Assembly: GCF_000021565.1 (NCBI RefSeq)
Contig: NC_012440.1
Location: forward strand, 696,210 to 760,209
Source of the DNA: Persephonella marina EX-H1
GTDB taxonomy: Bacteria > Aquificota > Aquificia > Aquificales > Hydrogenothermaceae
DNA: 64,000 nt
Direction: 5' to 3'
Positions 19,164-29,420 of this stretch are shown piece after piece; position 1 is the stretch's first letter; each line of letters starts with the position of its first letter. Under the pieces are notes generated by a model. The model had not been told where the DNA came from, did not search any database, and was given only the letters and a program-made list of their open reading frames with translations. Position numbers and translations under genes: made by a program.

Positions 19164-21773
19164 ACTCTCTTTCAGTCTTTTTATCTTCTTCTTTAGATCA
19201 TTCAGGAAAACAAGAGCTTCTACCGGTGTTATACTTCCTATGTCTATACTCTCTATCTCTTCCAGTATCTGTCTGTACTCATCTTTCTCAATATCTTCTA
19301 TCTCTTTAAAAAGTGGAAGCTCATTTATCTCATTAAGGTAACTGTTTTCCTTCTGTTTAAGTGAGTATATATCTTCCTCAAGTTTTTTATCCCTCTGCTC
19401 CTCAAAGTAGTAAAGTATCTCGTATGCTCTTTTTATTATCTGTTCTTTAATCCCTGCAAGTTTTGCAACATGGACACCGTAACTTTTATTGCTGAAACCT
19501 TCCTTAACCCTGTATAAGAATTTTATATTTTCTCCATCCTCAAATATGTCCATATGGAAGTTCTTAACACCTTTTATCTCCCTCTCAAGCTGTGTAAGCT
19601 CGTGGTAATGCGTAGCAAATAATGTTTTCACCTTTACCTTTTCAGCGAGATACTCAGATATAGCCCATCCTATAGACAGTCCGTCATACGTACTTGTTCC
19701 CCTTCCTACCTCATCTAATACGATAAAACTTCTCTCAGTAGCATTGTTTACTATATTCGCCATCTCAAGCATCTCAACCATAAATGTTGATAGACCTTTG
19801 GCAAGGGCATCACCTGATCCTATCCTTGTGAAGATAGCATCAACAACACCTATCTTTCCTTTTTTCGCAGGTATGTAAGATCCTGTCTGTGCAAGGAGAA
19901 TGATTATCGCTGACTGTCTTATAAATGTGCTTTTACCTGCCATATTTGGTCCTGTGATTATATGAAAGTATGAGTTTCTGTTCATCTTAAGGTTATTTGG
20001 AACGAAATCAGGCATAAACTCTTTTATAACAGGATGGTATCCCTCTTTTATCTCTATCTCGTAACCGTCGTGTATATCAGGTTTCGTCCATCCCTTCTCA
20101 ACAGCTATCTGTGCAAGTGACTGGATAGCATCTATCATCCCAACCTGCTGGGCTGTTTTTCCTATTCTGTCTGACAGGAATGCAACCTCTTCCCTTATTC
20201 TCATGAATATCTCATACTCTAATGCTTTTATCTTCTCATCTGCAGAGAGTATCTTTTCTTCAAAACTTTGAAGTTCATCAGTTATAAATCTCTCAGCATT
20301 TGATAATGTCTGTCTTCTTCTGAAATGATCTGGAACAAGCTTGAGGTTTGGCTTCGTTACCTCTATGTAGTATCCCATAACTTTGTTAAATCCTATCTTT
20401 AGACTCTGTATCCCTGTCTCTTTTCTCAGTTTTTCCTGGTAGCTTTTTAGCCATTCATTACCTTTTTCTTTTATCTCCTTCAGCTCATCAAGATCTTTAT
20501 CAACACCTTTCTTTATAAGACCTCCTTCCTTAAGATGTATAGGTGGATCATCCTCAAGGTATCTATCAAGTTTCTCAATAAGCCAGCTGTAATCCTCTAT
20601 CCTTTCAAATGACTCTTTCAGCAGATCTGATTTTATCTCTTTTGATATCTCCTTCAGTTTTGATACCTTCTTTAATGACTCCCTCAGCCCAACAAGGTCC
20701 CTCGGTGTTGATGTGTTTGAGGATATCTTTGAGATAAGCCTTTCTATATCAAATATCTGATCAAGTATATCCCTTATCTTTTCCCTTAACTCAGTATTCT
20801 CAACAAGCTCTGTTACAGCGTTCTGTCTTTTTATTATCTCCTTACTGTTTTTAAGGGGATGTAGGAGGAAAAATCTTAACTTTCTCCTTCCCATTCCTGT
20901 TAATGTTCTGTCCATAACCCTCAGAAGAGGTATATTCCCCTCATTTGGGCTTACTATCTCAAGATGTTTCTGTGCAGAGTAGTCAAGTCTTACATAGCTG
21001 TCTTCCCTGTAGGGCTTTGGTGTTGATATAAATGGGAGAAATGATTTCTGTGTTACCTTCGCATACTTCCATACAGCTGATAGGGGATATATAACATTCT
21101 GTTCTTCTGTGTCAAAACCAAAAGCAGATATATGTCCTGTTTTGAAAAATCCCAGAAACTCAGAGTGTGTATCCTCACTGAAGTAATCTTCAGGGAGCTG
21201 AGAGAAAAATATACTTTTAAACTGTGATCTTAGATCTGAAAAATCATACCCTTCCTGAACAACGATCTCTTTTGGCTGGAATTTTCCTATAAAGGATATA
21301 AGCTCATCCCTGTTTAGACTGCCTCCAGTGAACTCTCCTGTAGAAAGATCAAGGTAGGCTATATAAAACCTTCCCCTCTCCTGATATATCCCAAGGAGAG
21401 CGCTTTTCAGCTTTTCGTTCTCAAAATATGTTCCAGGTGTGAGAACCCTGATAACATCCCTCTTTACAATACCTTTAGCCTTTGAAGCATCTTCAAGCTG
21501 TTCACAGATAGCAACCTTGTAGCCTTTTGATACAAGTCTTGTTATATAGCTGTCAGCGGAATGGAAGGGGATACCACACATAGGTATGTATCTGTCCTTT
21601 CCTACCTTTTTCTTTGTCAGAACTATGTTCAGTTCCCTTGCTCCCGTATGGGCGTCCTCATAGAACATCTCATAAAAATCACCAAGTCTATAAAGAACAA
21701 GGGCATCAGGATACTGATCTTTTATTTTGTGGTACTGGGCTAACATAGGTGTTATATTCTTTTCTTCCTTCAA
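19161..21773 (-). CDS. mutS: DNA mismatch repair protein MutS
   Basis: 870 aa with the Walker A motif TGPNMAGKSTFIRQ, the LDEVGRGTSTYDG motif and an N-terminal mismatch-binding domain. Confidence 0.95.
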   Translation of the reverse strand: MKEEKNITPMLAQYHKIKDQYPDALVLYRLGDFYEMFYEDAHTGARELNIVLTKKKVGKDRYIPMCGIPFHSADSYITRLVSKGYKVAICEQLEDASKAKGIVKRDVIRVLTPGTYFENEKLKSALLGIYQERGRFYIAYLDLSTGEFTGGSLNRDELISFIGKFQPKEIVVQEGYDFSDLRSQFKSIFFSQLPEDYFSEDTHSEFLGFFKTGHISAFGFDTEEQNVIYPLSAVWKYAKVTQKSFLPFISTPKPYREDSYVRLDYSAQKHLEIVSPNEGNIPLLRVMDRTLTGMGRRKLRFFLLHPLKNSKEIIKRQNAVTELVENTELREKIRDILDQIFDIERLISKISSNTSTPRDLVGLRESLKKVSKLKEISKEIKSDLLKESFERIEDYSWLIEKLDRYLEDDPPIHLKEGGLIKKGVDKDLDELKEIKEKGNEWLKSYQEKLRKETGIQSLKIGFNKVMGYYIEVTKPNLKLVPDHFRRRQTLSNAERFITDELQSFEEKILSADEKIKALEYEIFMRIREEVAFLSDRIGKTAQQVGMIDAIQSLAQIAVEKGWTKPDIHDGYEIEIKEGYHPVIKEFMPDFVPNNLKMNRNSYFHIITGPNMAGKSTFIRQSAIIILLAQTGSYIPAKKGKIGVVDAIFTRIGSGDALAKGLSTFMVEMLEMANIVNNATERSFIVLDEVGRGTSTYDGLSIGWAISEYLAEKVKVKTLFATHYHELTQLEREIKGVKNFHMDIFEDGENIKFLYRVKEGFSNKSYGVHVAKLAGIKEQIIKRAYEILYYFEEQRDKKLEEDIYSLKQKENSYLNEINELPLFKEIEDIEKDEYRQILEEIESIDIGSITPVEALVFLNDLKKKIKRLKES

Positions 21774-21804
21774 CCTGTACCTCTGATCTTTTTTTAATAT
21801 TATC

Positions 21805-22632
21805 CTACTCTAAAAAGATAATATCCAGAGCAAGCTCAGGATCAACCCTCTGATCGTTTATATAAATACCAAAATGAAGGTGAGGTGCTGTTGATCTTCC
21901 TGTTGATCCTACCTTTCCTATTATCTGTCCAGCTTTTACAAAGCTTCCTTCCTTTACACTGATCTCAGAAAGATGGGCATAAAGTGTAAAAAGTCCAAGC
22001 CCGTGATTTATTATGACTGTGTTTCCTGTAAAAAACAGATCCCTTGCTATCTCAACCTTTCCTGAAAGGGAGGCGTAAACAGGCGTTCCTTCAGCTGCCC
22101 TAAAGTCTGTTCCCCAGTGTATTGATCTTTTCTTCCCGTTTATAATTCTTTTTGCTCCAAAAGGCGTGGTTACATAAAGTTTATCAAGAGGTGGATAAAA
22201 TGAGCTTTCATCAAAAAGCTTCTGTGAGTACTTTCTGAATATCTTTCTAAGCAAAAAGTACTCTTTTTCTATTCTCTTTAATACTTCTTTTGTTCTCTTT
22301 CTCTCCTTTACCCTTATCTTTGAGACGGGGTAAGATTTTCTGCTCACAGATATAAACTTCCTGTATATGACTCTGCCGTCTTTCAGCAGATTTACCGTTA
22401 TAACAGATGAGCTTTTATAAGGGACAGCGAAGAAAGCTATACTGTCCTTTACTGGAAATCTGTAAGTTTTACTGCCGGACTCAATCTCTATCGTATACTC
22501 TGAATTTCTTTCAAAGCTGTTTATCTTTATATAGTTTAATGATCCCGGATATACAGACTCAGAGTATATACTTATATCTGAAGCGTAGGATGTCAGGGAT
22601 AAAATAAGGAGAAAAACAGCTACAGCTAACAT
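21805..22632 (-). CDS. M23 family (LytM-type) metallopeptidase
   Basis: Signal peptide, HWGTDFRAAEGTPVYASLSGKV and HLHFGIY (the HxxxD...HxH zinc ligands). Confidence 0.85.
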   Translation of the reverse strand: MLAVAVFLLILSLTSYASDISIYSESVYPGSLNYIKINSFERNSEYTIEIESGSKTYRFPVKDSIAFFAVPYKSSSVITVNLLKDGRVIYRKFISVSRKSYPVSKIRVKERKRTKEVLKRIEKEYFLLRKIFRKYSQKLFDESSFYPPLDKLYVTTPFGAKRIINGKKRSIHWGTDFRAAEGTPVYASLSGKVEIARDLFFTGNTVIINHGLGLFTLYAHLSEISVKEGSFVKAGQIIGKVGSTGRSTAPHLHFGIYINDQRVDPELALDIIFLE

Positions 22633-22714
22633 AACCCACCTTTTAACGTTTGAATAAAAATAGTTTATAGTATAAATTGTTAGTTTGAAATAAAAAATAA
22701 AAGAGGTGTAGCAG

Positions 22715-24031
22715 TTGAAAAAGTATTATATAAGAACTTTTGGCTGTCAGATGAATATAAACGACTCACAGAAGATGGCAGGAATGCTTAAAACACTTGG
22801 TTATGAACCTGCAAGGGACTGGGAAGATGCTGATATAATCCTTGTAAATACATGTTCTGTAAGGGAAAAGCCTGATCAGAAGGTTCTTTCTGCTCTTGGT
22901 GAGTTTAAGAAGATAAAAAATAAAAAGCCTGATGCTGTTATAGGTGTCTGCGGATGTCTCGCACAGAGGGCAGGTTATGAGATACTCCAGAAAGCTCCTT
23001 TTGTTGATATGGTATTTGGGACAACAAATATACACCATCTTCCAAAACTTCTTGAAGAGGCACTTCAGGGTAATAAAGCTGTTGAGATATTAGAGGATAT
23101 AGACCAGAATGAGACAGAGCTTGATAAATACCCTACTGTCAGAGAGAACAGATATACGGCTTACGTAACAGTTATGAGAGGATGTGACAAGAAATGTACA
23201 TACTGTATAGTTCCCTACACACGTGGTAAAGAGAGAAGCAGACGTATAGGGGAGATACTTCAAGAAGTCCAGTGGCTTATTGATGATGGTGTAAAGGAGA
23301 TACATCTGATAGGTCAGAATGTTACAGCTTACGGTAAGGATCTTGGAGATGTGAGATTTGTTGATCTTCTCTACGCTGTTGCAGATGTTGAAGGTGTTGA
23401 GAGGATAAGATTTACAACAGGACATCCAAGGGATCTTGATGAGGAAACAATAAAGGCTATGGCTGAGATACCACAGATATGTGAACATCTACATCTACCT
23501 ATTCAGGCTGGATCAGACAGGATACTTAAAGCTATGGAAAGGGGATACACACAGAAGGAGTATCTTGAGAAGATAGAGCTTTTAAAGAAGTATATACCTG
23601 ATATATCTCTCTCAACAGATATTATTGTAGGATTTCCAGGTGAGACATACGAGGATTATATGGAAACTATAAAAGTCTTAAAAGAGGTGGAATACGATCA
23701 GGTATTTGCCTTTAAGTACTCTCCACGTCCCGGAACACCTGCTGCACAGATGCCCATGACTGAAGATCCAAAAACCTTGAGTAAGTGGCTTAACGACCTT
23801 ATATTAATGCAAAAGGAGATAACATTTAAGAAGAATCTACAGTACGAAGGTAAAACAGTTGAGGTTCTTGTTGAGGAAGAGAAGGAAGGAAGGTTTGTTG
23901 GAAGAACAAGGACAAATAAGCTTGTTCATATTGAAGGAAGGAATAATTTGTTAGGAGAGATAGTTGATGTGAAGGTTACAAAGGTAAACAGGTTCAGTCT
24001 TGAAGGGGAAGCGATAGAACAATTAGTATAA
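22715..24031 (+). CDS. miaB: tRNA-2-methylthio-N6-dimethylallyladenosine synthase MiaB
   Basis: MTTase N-terminal cysteines (FGCQMN), a radical-SAM CDKKCTYC motif and a C-terminal TRAM domain. Confidence 0.9.
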   Translation: MKKYYIRTFGCQMNINDSQKMAGMLKTLGYEPARDWEDADIILVNTCSVREKPDQKVLSALGEFKKIKNKKPDAVIGVCGCLAQRAGYEILQKAPFVDMVFGTTNIHHLPKLLEEALQGNKAVEILEDIDQNETELDKYPTVRENRYTAYVTVMRGCDKKCTYCIVPYTRGKERSRRIGEILQEVQWLIDDGVKEIHLIGQNVTAYGKDLGDVRFVDLLYAVADVEGVERIRFTTGHPRDLDEETIKAMAEIPQICEHLHLPIQAGSDRILKAMERGYTQKEYLEKIELLKKYIPDISLSTDIIVGFPGETYEDYMETIKVLKEVEYDQVFAFKYSPRPGTPAAQMPMTEDPKTLSKWLNDLILMQKEITFKKNLQYEGKTVEVLVEEEKEGRFVGRTRTNKLVHIEGRNNLLGEIVDVKVTKVNRFSLEGEAIEQLV

Positions 24032-24047
24032 ATTTAGGAGGCCTGTT

Positions 24048-24527
24048 ATGATTGAGATGAGTGTTCAGGGGATTACGCTTGATCCTGTTACGAATATGCC
24101 GATAGTCGTGTTAAAAGGTAAGGAAAGTGAGGATATACTCCCGATCTGGATAGGGATATTTGAGGCTAACGCAATAGCGATGCAGCTTGAGGGGGTGGAG
24201 AGACCAAGACCTATGACACACGATCTTATAAAGAATCTGATAAACTCTCTCTCAGCATCTGTTGAGTACATTCATATACATGATCTTAAAGCCAACACCT
24301 ATTACGCAGAGATATCACTTATACTTAACGGAGAGAGGATAGTTATAGACTCAAGACCAAGTGATGCTATCAATATTGCTCTGAGATGCAACGCACCTAT
24401 CTATGTTTCAGAGGCTGTTTTAAAACAGTCAAGGATAGAAAATGAGATTGAAACGGAAGAGGAAGAGATACAGGACTGGCTTGAGTCAATAAAACCTGAG
24501 GATTTTGGTAAAAACCCTTCAGTCTAA
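24048..24527 (+). CDS. Bifunctional-nuclease-domain (DUF151/BFN) protein
   Basis: 159 aa. [19 protein letters not shown]...EAVLKQ is typical of the BFN domain family. Its 3' end overlaps the convergent fabH by 4 nt. Confidence 0.65.
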
Positions 24528-25465
24528 AATTTTAGAACGATAGCACCCCAGGTTAGACCTCCTCCAAATGCTGTGAGGAGGATATGATCTCCTTTATCTA
24601 TCTTTCCCTCTTTCCATGCCTCATAAAATGCTATGGGTATTGATGCTGCACTTGTGTTTCCGTATCTGTGAATATTGCTGTAAACCCTTTCCTCAGGAAG
24701 TTCCATCCTTTCAGCAAGGGCATTTATTATTCTTATATTAGCCTGATGGGGTATAACAAGCTTTATATCTTCCAGTGTAAGACCTGCCTTTTGAAGAGCT
24801 TTCTTTGATGCTGTTTCCATAGATTTTATCGCAAGCTTAAATGTCTCCCTTCCTCTCATTCTGAGTTTCTCACCTACAGGACAGTAAAGAGATCCCCAGT
24901 GTGACCCGTCAGATTTCATAACAGCTGAGAGGATATCACTCTCACCGTCAGATTTTGAGACAACAACAGCACCTGCACCATCACCGAAGATAACAGCTGT
25001 TGATCTGTCGTTCCAGTCTATTATCTGGGAGAAAACCTCTGCTCCTACAACTAAGATGTTTTCAAACTGACCTGATTTTATAAAGGAGTTAGCCAGGGTA
25101 AGACCGTAAATAAATCCACTACAGGCAGCTGATATATCAAAAGCCATAGGTTTTGAGGATCCAAGCTTGTCAGCAAGAAAACAGGCGGTTGATGGAAATG
25201 TCATATCAGGTGTTGATGTTGCAACGATAACAGCATCTATATCCTTTGGGGTGAGACCTGCATTTTCTATAGCTTCCTTAGCAGCTGGAAGGGCTATATC
25301 ACTTGCCTTTTCCCACTCCTCAGCTATTCTTCTCTCTTTTATACCTGTTCTTGTTGTTATCCATTCATCAGATGTGTCTAAGAACTTCTCAAGATCAAAA
25401 TTTGTAAGGATTCTTTCAGGTATGTTTATCCCTATACCTTTTATCTCAGCCTTGATATCACCCAT
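24524..25465 (-). CDS. fabH: 3-oxoacyl-ACP synthase III FabH
   Basis: N-terminal FabH-type sequence, an active-site Cys (AACSGF), and His/Asn ([15 protein letters not shown]). Confidence 0.9.
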
Positions 25466-25470
25466 CTATC

Positions 25471-26487
25471 CTAACCTTTCAGTTCTTCAGGTAGAAGGTT
25501 GTCTATATTTTCTTTTAATCTGTCGTTGAAATGTGTCTTTTCAAAGTCTGAAGCTGCTTTTAGTGCGTTTTTGATAGCTCTGCTGTCAGCCCTTCCGTGT
25601 GTTATTATACATGTTCCCTTTGTTCCAAGAAGTGGAGCTCCACCGTACTCGGCAAAGTCCGCCTTCCTTTTAAATCTTTTAAGTGCAGGTATCATAAGTG
25701 CAGCCCCTATTTTTGAGACGAGGCTTTTCTTTACCTCATTTTTTATCATCTCAACTATTATACTGCCGAGGCTCTCACTTGTTTTTAAAACGATATTACC
25801 AACAAATCCATCACACACAATAACATCAAAATCACCTGTAAATATATCCCTTCCTTCAGCGTTTCCTATAAAGTTCAGTTTTGTCATCTTTAATAGAGGA
25901 TATGTATCCTTAACAAGATCGTTACCTTTACCTTCCTCTTCACCTATACTTAGAATTCCAACCTTGGGATTGTCACTTACTCTCAGTATCTCCTTGGCGT
26001 AGGTATGCCCCATTACAGCAAAATAGATAAGATGTCTTGGACGGCAGTCAACGTTAGCCCCAACATCTATGAGAACTGTTGGTTTTTCTTTTTTTGTTGG
26101 GAATGCAACAGCTATTCCCGGTCTTTCTATACCTTCAGCAGCTCCAACAACGAACTTTGATATTGCCATAGCTGCCCCGGTGTTACCTGCAGAGACAAAA
26201 CCGCTTGCTTTCCCTTCTCTGACCAGTTTAGCAGCTATATGCATTGATGATTTTCTTTTTTTTCTGACTGCGATAGAAGGGGGTTCATCCATATCTATAA
26301 CTTCTTCTGCGTGGACGATCTCTACAGGGAGATCCTTTGTGTCATACTTCTTAAGTTCCTTCTCTAAAAGATCCTTATTACCTACAAGGTAAACGCCTAT
26401 ATTGAACTCTCTGGCAAATAAAACAGCCCCTTCAACGTTACTCTGAGGGGCGTAATCACCCCCCATAGCATCTAAAGCTATATACAA
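25471..26487 (-). CDS. plsX: Phosphate acyltransferase PlsX
   Basis: MYIALDAMGGDYAP N-terminus. Conserved rpmF-plsX-fabH gene order. Confidence 0.9.
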   Translation of the reverse strand: MYIALDAMGGDYAPQSNVEGAVLFAREFNIGVYLVGNKDLLEKELKKYDTKDLPVEIVHAEEVIDMDEPPSIAVRKKRKSSMHIAAKLVREGKASGFVSAGNTGAAMAISKFVVGAAEGIERPGIAVAFPTKKEKPTVLIDVGANVDCRPRHLIYFAVMGHTYAKEILRVSDNPKVGILSIGEEEGKGNDLVKDTYPLLKMTKLNFIGNAEGRDIFTGDFDVIVCDGFVGNIVLKTSESLGSIIVEMIKNEVKKSLVSKIGAALMIPALKRFKRKADFAEYGGAPLLGTKGTCIITHGRADSRAIKNALKAASDFEKTHFNDRLKENIDNLLPEELKG

Positions 26488-26670
26488 TTATACGACCTCT
26501 ACTACCTCTTTATCTTTGTAGTATCCGCAGTGTGGACATACTCTGTGAGGAGTTTTTGGCTGTCCACATTCAGGGCATAAAGATAATCCAGGTACAGTTA
26601 ATTTTCTCATCCATTGAGCTTTTCTCATTGCTGTTTTTGCTTTTGATTTTTTTCTTTTAGGTGCTGCCAT
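26488..26670 (-). CDS. rpmF: 50S ribosomal protein L32
   Basis: 60 aa with MAAPKRKKSKAK and a C-x2-C...C-x2-C zinc ribbon. Confidence 0.9.
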   Translation of the reverse strand: MAAPKRKKSKAKTAMRKAQWMRKLTVPGLSLCPECGQPKTPHRVCPHCGYYKDKEVVEVV

Positions 26671-26789
26671 ATTTTAAATACCTCCTTCTTATCTTGCAAA
26701 AGTCAGAATTACGAAAAAAGAATTATACCAAAAATGAGTACTTTTTTAAAGTTTAAGTTCATCAGGTAGTTATACAGGATAAAAATATA

Positions 26790-26818
26790 TTGACATTTTA
26801 TCACCAACGTTATATATT
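26790..26818 (+). promoter_or_regulatory. Sigma-70-type promoter for the tRNA gene (TTGACA-17 nt-TATATT)
   Basis: Consensus -35 TTGACA at 26790-26795, a 17-nt spacer, then -10 TATATT at 26813-26818. The predicted start is about 6 nt before the tRNA 5' end. Confidence 0.55.
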
Positions 26819-26831
26819 ATTAATCCGCTTT

Positions 26832-26907
26832 GGGCTCGTAGCTCAGTTGGCAGAGCAGACGGCTCATAACCGTCCGGTCGGAGGTTCGAGTCCTCCCGGG
26901 CCCACCA
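26832..26907 (+). tRNA. tRNA with CAT anticodon (elongator tRNA-Met, or tRNA-Ile2 if lysidinylated)
   Basis: A 76-nt cloverleaf folded by hand: acceptor GGGCUCG/CGGGCCC, D stem GCUC/GAGC, anticodon stem GACGG/CCGUC with loop CUCAUAA, T arm GGAGG-UUCGAGU-CCUCC, and an encoded CCA. It is not an initiator (G1-C72 pair, no triple G-C in the anticodon stem). Confidence 0.85.
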
Positions 26908-26909
26908 TA

Positions 26910-28085
26910 CTAAAGTTCTCTGTGGGCTTTCTCCCATACAGAAACAGCTTCCCTACATTCCTCAACAGTTGGAACAAGGGCTATCCTGAAATACTCTGAA
27001 CTGCATCTGTTCTCAAGTATCTCTATGCCAGAGCAGAAGTTGACACCAGGTGATACAACTATCCCATACTTTAAAAGATGTTTTGCGTACTCCTCACCTG
27101 TCATCCCATCTGGAGCTTTTATCCAGAAATAAAATGTTGCCTCAGGGTATAGATACTTAAGCCCTATACGGTCAAAGAACTCAATGAATATCTTTCTCTT
27201 CTCATTAAATATCTTTCTTCTTTCCTCTACATGCTCTTCATCAGACCATGCAACTTCCGCTGCCTTCTGGATAAAATCAGGTGTTGCAACGCCAAATGAG
27301 GCTCTTCCTTTTCTGTACTCTTTTATAAGATTGGGATCTCCGGCTATAAATCCTGTTCTGTATCCTGTCAGACCGCTTCTCTTTGATAGTGAGTGAAAAA
27401 CAACAACACCTTCAATACCTGTCTGAAGTGCAGAAAGGGGCTTTTCCCCGTAGTATATCTCCGTGTAACACTCATCAGAGCATAGAATTATCCCGTAATC
27501 CCTGCATATACCGTAAACTTCCTCAAAATAGCTTCTTGGAGCTGTAGCACCTGTCGGGTTGTGGGGATAGTTTATCCAGACTATCTTTGTTTCCTCAAGT
27601 AATGACTTATCAAGCTTATCAAGTCTGAGTAAAAAACCGTCCTCTTCCCTAAGAGGGACAGGGACTGGAACTCCACCTGCATAAAGTGTTCCCCTCTCAT
27701 AAACAGGATATGCAGGAGTTCCAAAGATCACCTTATTTTTTTCAGGGATATCTGTATCAATAAAAACGAGTGGAAAGTGGAATATAGCCTCTTTTGATCC
27801 GTTTGAAGGTATTATCTGGCTGTCAGGATCAAGCTTAACACCAAATCTGTTTAAAAACCATCTTGAGACAGCCTCTCTCAACTCCTTTCTTCCTGCAACT
27901 GAAGGATACTGGCTGACTTCAGGAACTGCATCAATAAGAGCCTGCCTGATTTTAGGGTCTGTAGGCTCCTTAGGGTCTCCTGTACCAAAATCGTATATCT
28001 TTATCCCTTTATCTTTTAGTTCAGCTTTAATTCTGTTTAACTCTTCCATAGGATAGGGTTTCAGACTTCTTATCGTTCTGTTCAT
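26910..28085 (-). CDS. PLP-dependent class I aminotransferase (possibly LL-diaminopimelate/aspartate aminotransferase-like)
   Basis: 391 aa with aminotransferase I/II fold features (DFGTGDP, SLSKRSGLTGYRTGF with the Schiff-base Lys). Confidence 0.7.
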   Translation of the reverse strand: MNRTIRSLKPYPMEELNRIKAELKDKGIKIYDFGTGDPKEPTDPKIRQALIDAVPEVSQYPSVAGRKELREAVSRWFLNRFGVKLDPDSQIIPSNGSKEAIFHFPLVFIDTDIPEKNKVIFGTPAYPVYERGTLYAGGVPVPVPLREEDGFLLRLDKLDKSLLEETKIVWINYPHNPTGATAPRSYFEEVYGICRDYGIILCSDECYTEIYYGEKPLSALQTGIEGVVVFHSLSKRSGLTGYRTGFIAGDPNLIKEYRKGRASFGVATPDFIQKAAEVAWSDEEHVEERRKIFNEKRKIFIEFFDRIGLKYLYPEATFYFWIKAPDGMTGEEYAKHLLKYGIVVSPGVNFCSGIEILENRCSSEYFRIALVPTVEECREAVSVWEKAHREL

Positions 28086-28159
28086 CCTTAACTCCTTAGA
28101 TTGTTATGGGAAATCTATTATATTGAAAAATCTTTTTAAAATCATAAATTCTTCCCGGT

Positions 28160-28726
28160 ATGAAAGTTCTGAAAGATATCTTAAAAGCAAATGAAGACAG
28201 GAAGATAATAATAATGCCTGTTGGCATATCTGGAAGTGGTAAGACCACTCTTTTTAAAGATCTGAAGGAAGATTTTGATATAGAGTATATTTCCTTTGAT
28301 AAGATAAGGGTTGATATATACAGAAAGAATTTTCCTGAAAAAGAGGATATAAAATACTCTGAGGTTTTCAGATATATAACGGACAATAAGATAAAGATTC
28401 TTCCATTAGCCAAAAAACAGCTCTTAGATTCTGACAGGAGATTATTCTATATTGACAACACAAATCTGACTAAAAAGGCAAGGAGAAAGTTTCTTTTACT
28501 GTGTGACGACTGTCTGAAAATAGCTGTCTATTTCAAGCCTGATCTTAAGGAGTGTATCAAGAGACAGTTCAATAAAGACAGGGATAAAAGATTAAAACCT
28601 TCAGTGATCTTAAACCAGTACTCAGCGGTTGAAAAGCCTGACTTCTCTGAATTTGATATTATAATAACTAAAAAGATAAACGGAAAGATTGATGAAAAAG
28701 GTCGCTCTGATAACAGGTGTTTCTAA
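28160..28726 (+). CDS. P-loop NTPase / kinase-like protein (AAA_33 / polynucleotide-kinase-like)
   Basis: Walker A IIMPVGISGSGKTT near the N-terminus and a small size of 188 aa. It overlaps the SDR start by about 35 nt. Confidence 0.55.
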   Translation: MKVLKDILKANEDRKIIIMPVGISGSGKTTLFKDLKEDFDIEYISFDKIRVDIYRKNFPEKEDIKYSEVFRYITDNKIKILPLAKKQLLDSDRRLFYIDNTNLTKKARRKFLLLCDDCLKIAVYFKPDLKECIKRQFNKDRDKRLKPSVILNQYSAVEKPDFSEFDIIITKKINGKIDEKGRSDNRCF

Positions 28727-29420
28727 AGGTCTGGGAAAATCCCTCGCAGAGAAGTTCAGATCTGAAGGATTTTATATCTCAGGTGTCTCAAGATCACAGC
28801 CTGATACAGATATTGATCTTTTTATAAAGGCAGACATCACAGACCAGACTGAAAGGGATAAAGTTATCCGCCAGACAGCAGAAAGATTTGGGAGAATAGA
28901 CATTCTTATAAATAACGCAGGTATAGGTCTTTACGAGAGATGGGAAGGCTCAGATATGGATGATATAAGAAAACTTTTTGATCTAAATCTTTTCTCTGTT
29001 ATAGACCTTACAAAAAAGGCAGTTCCTTATCTAAAGGAGACTAAGGGGACTGTAATAAACGTTTCATCTGTGGCAGGAAAGCTTTATATGCCTTATATGG
29101 GAGCTTACTGCTCCTCAAAGTATGCGATAAATGCCTTTTCAGACAGCTTAAGGGCTGAATTGAAACCTTATGGTATACACGTTTTAAATCTGATAGTTGG
29201 AAGGATAAAAACAGGTTTCTCTAAAAGGGCTATGGGAAGTAAAAAACCACCTGAAACCCCTTACGGTGGATCTCCTGAAAGATTTGCAGAGGTTACGTAT
29301 AAAGCATATCTGAAAAAGAAAAGAGAGATCTGGTATCCTCACTGGTACAGATATCTTATTATTTTGGCAAAGATCTTTCCTGATACATTTGACAGGATAA
29401 GTTTAAAGAAATGGGGTTAA
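28689..29420 (+). CDS. Short-chain dehydrogenase/reductase (SDR)
   Basis: TGVSKGLGKSLA Rossmann motif, NNAG, and a YxxxK-type catalytic dyad (YCSSK). Confidence 0.85.
   Translation: MMKKVALITGVSKGLGKSLAEKFRSEGFYISGVSRSQPDTDIDLFIKADITDQTERDKVIRQTAERFGRIDILINNAGIGLYERWEGSDMDDIRKLFDLNLFSVIDLTKKAVPYLKETKGTVINVSSVAGKLYMPYMGAYCSSKYAINAFSDSLRAELKPYGIHVLNLIVGRIKTGFSKRAMGSKKPPETPYGGSPERFAEVTYKAYLKKKREIWYPHWYRYLIILAKIFPDTFDRISLKKWG

Noticed and set aside
26832-26907. tRNA(CAT) as an initiator tRNA-fMet.
   Set aside because: It has a paired G1-C72, and its anticodon stem lacks the three consecutive G-C pairs typical of initiators. It is more consistent with elongator Met or lysidine-modified Ile2.
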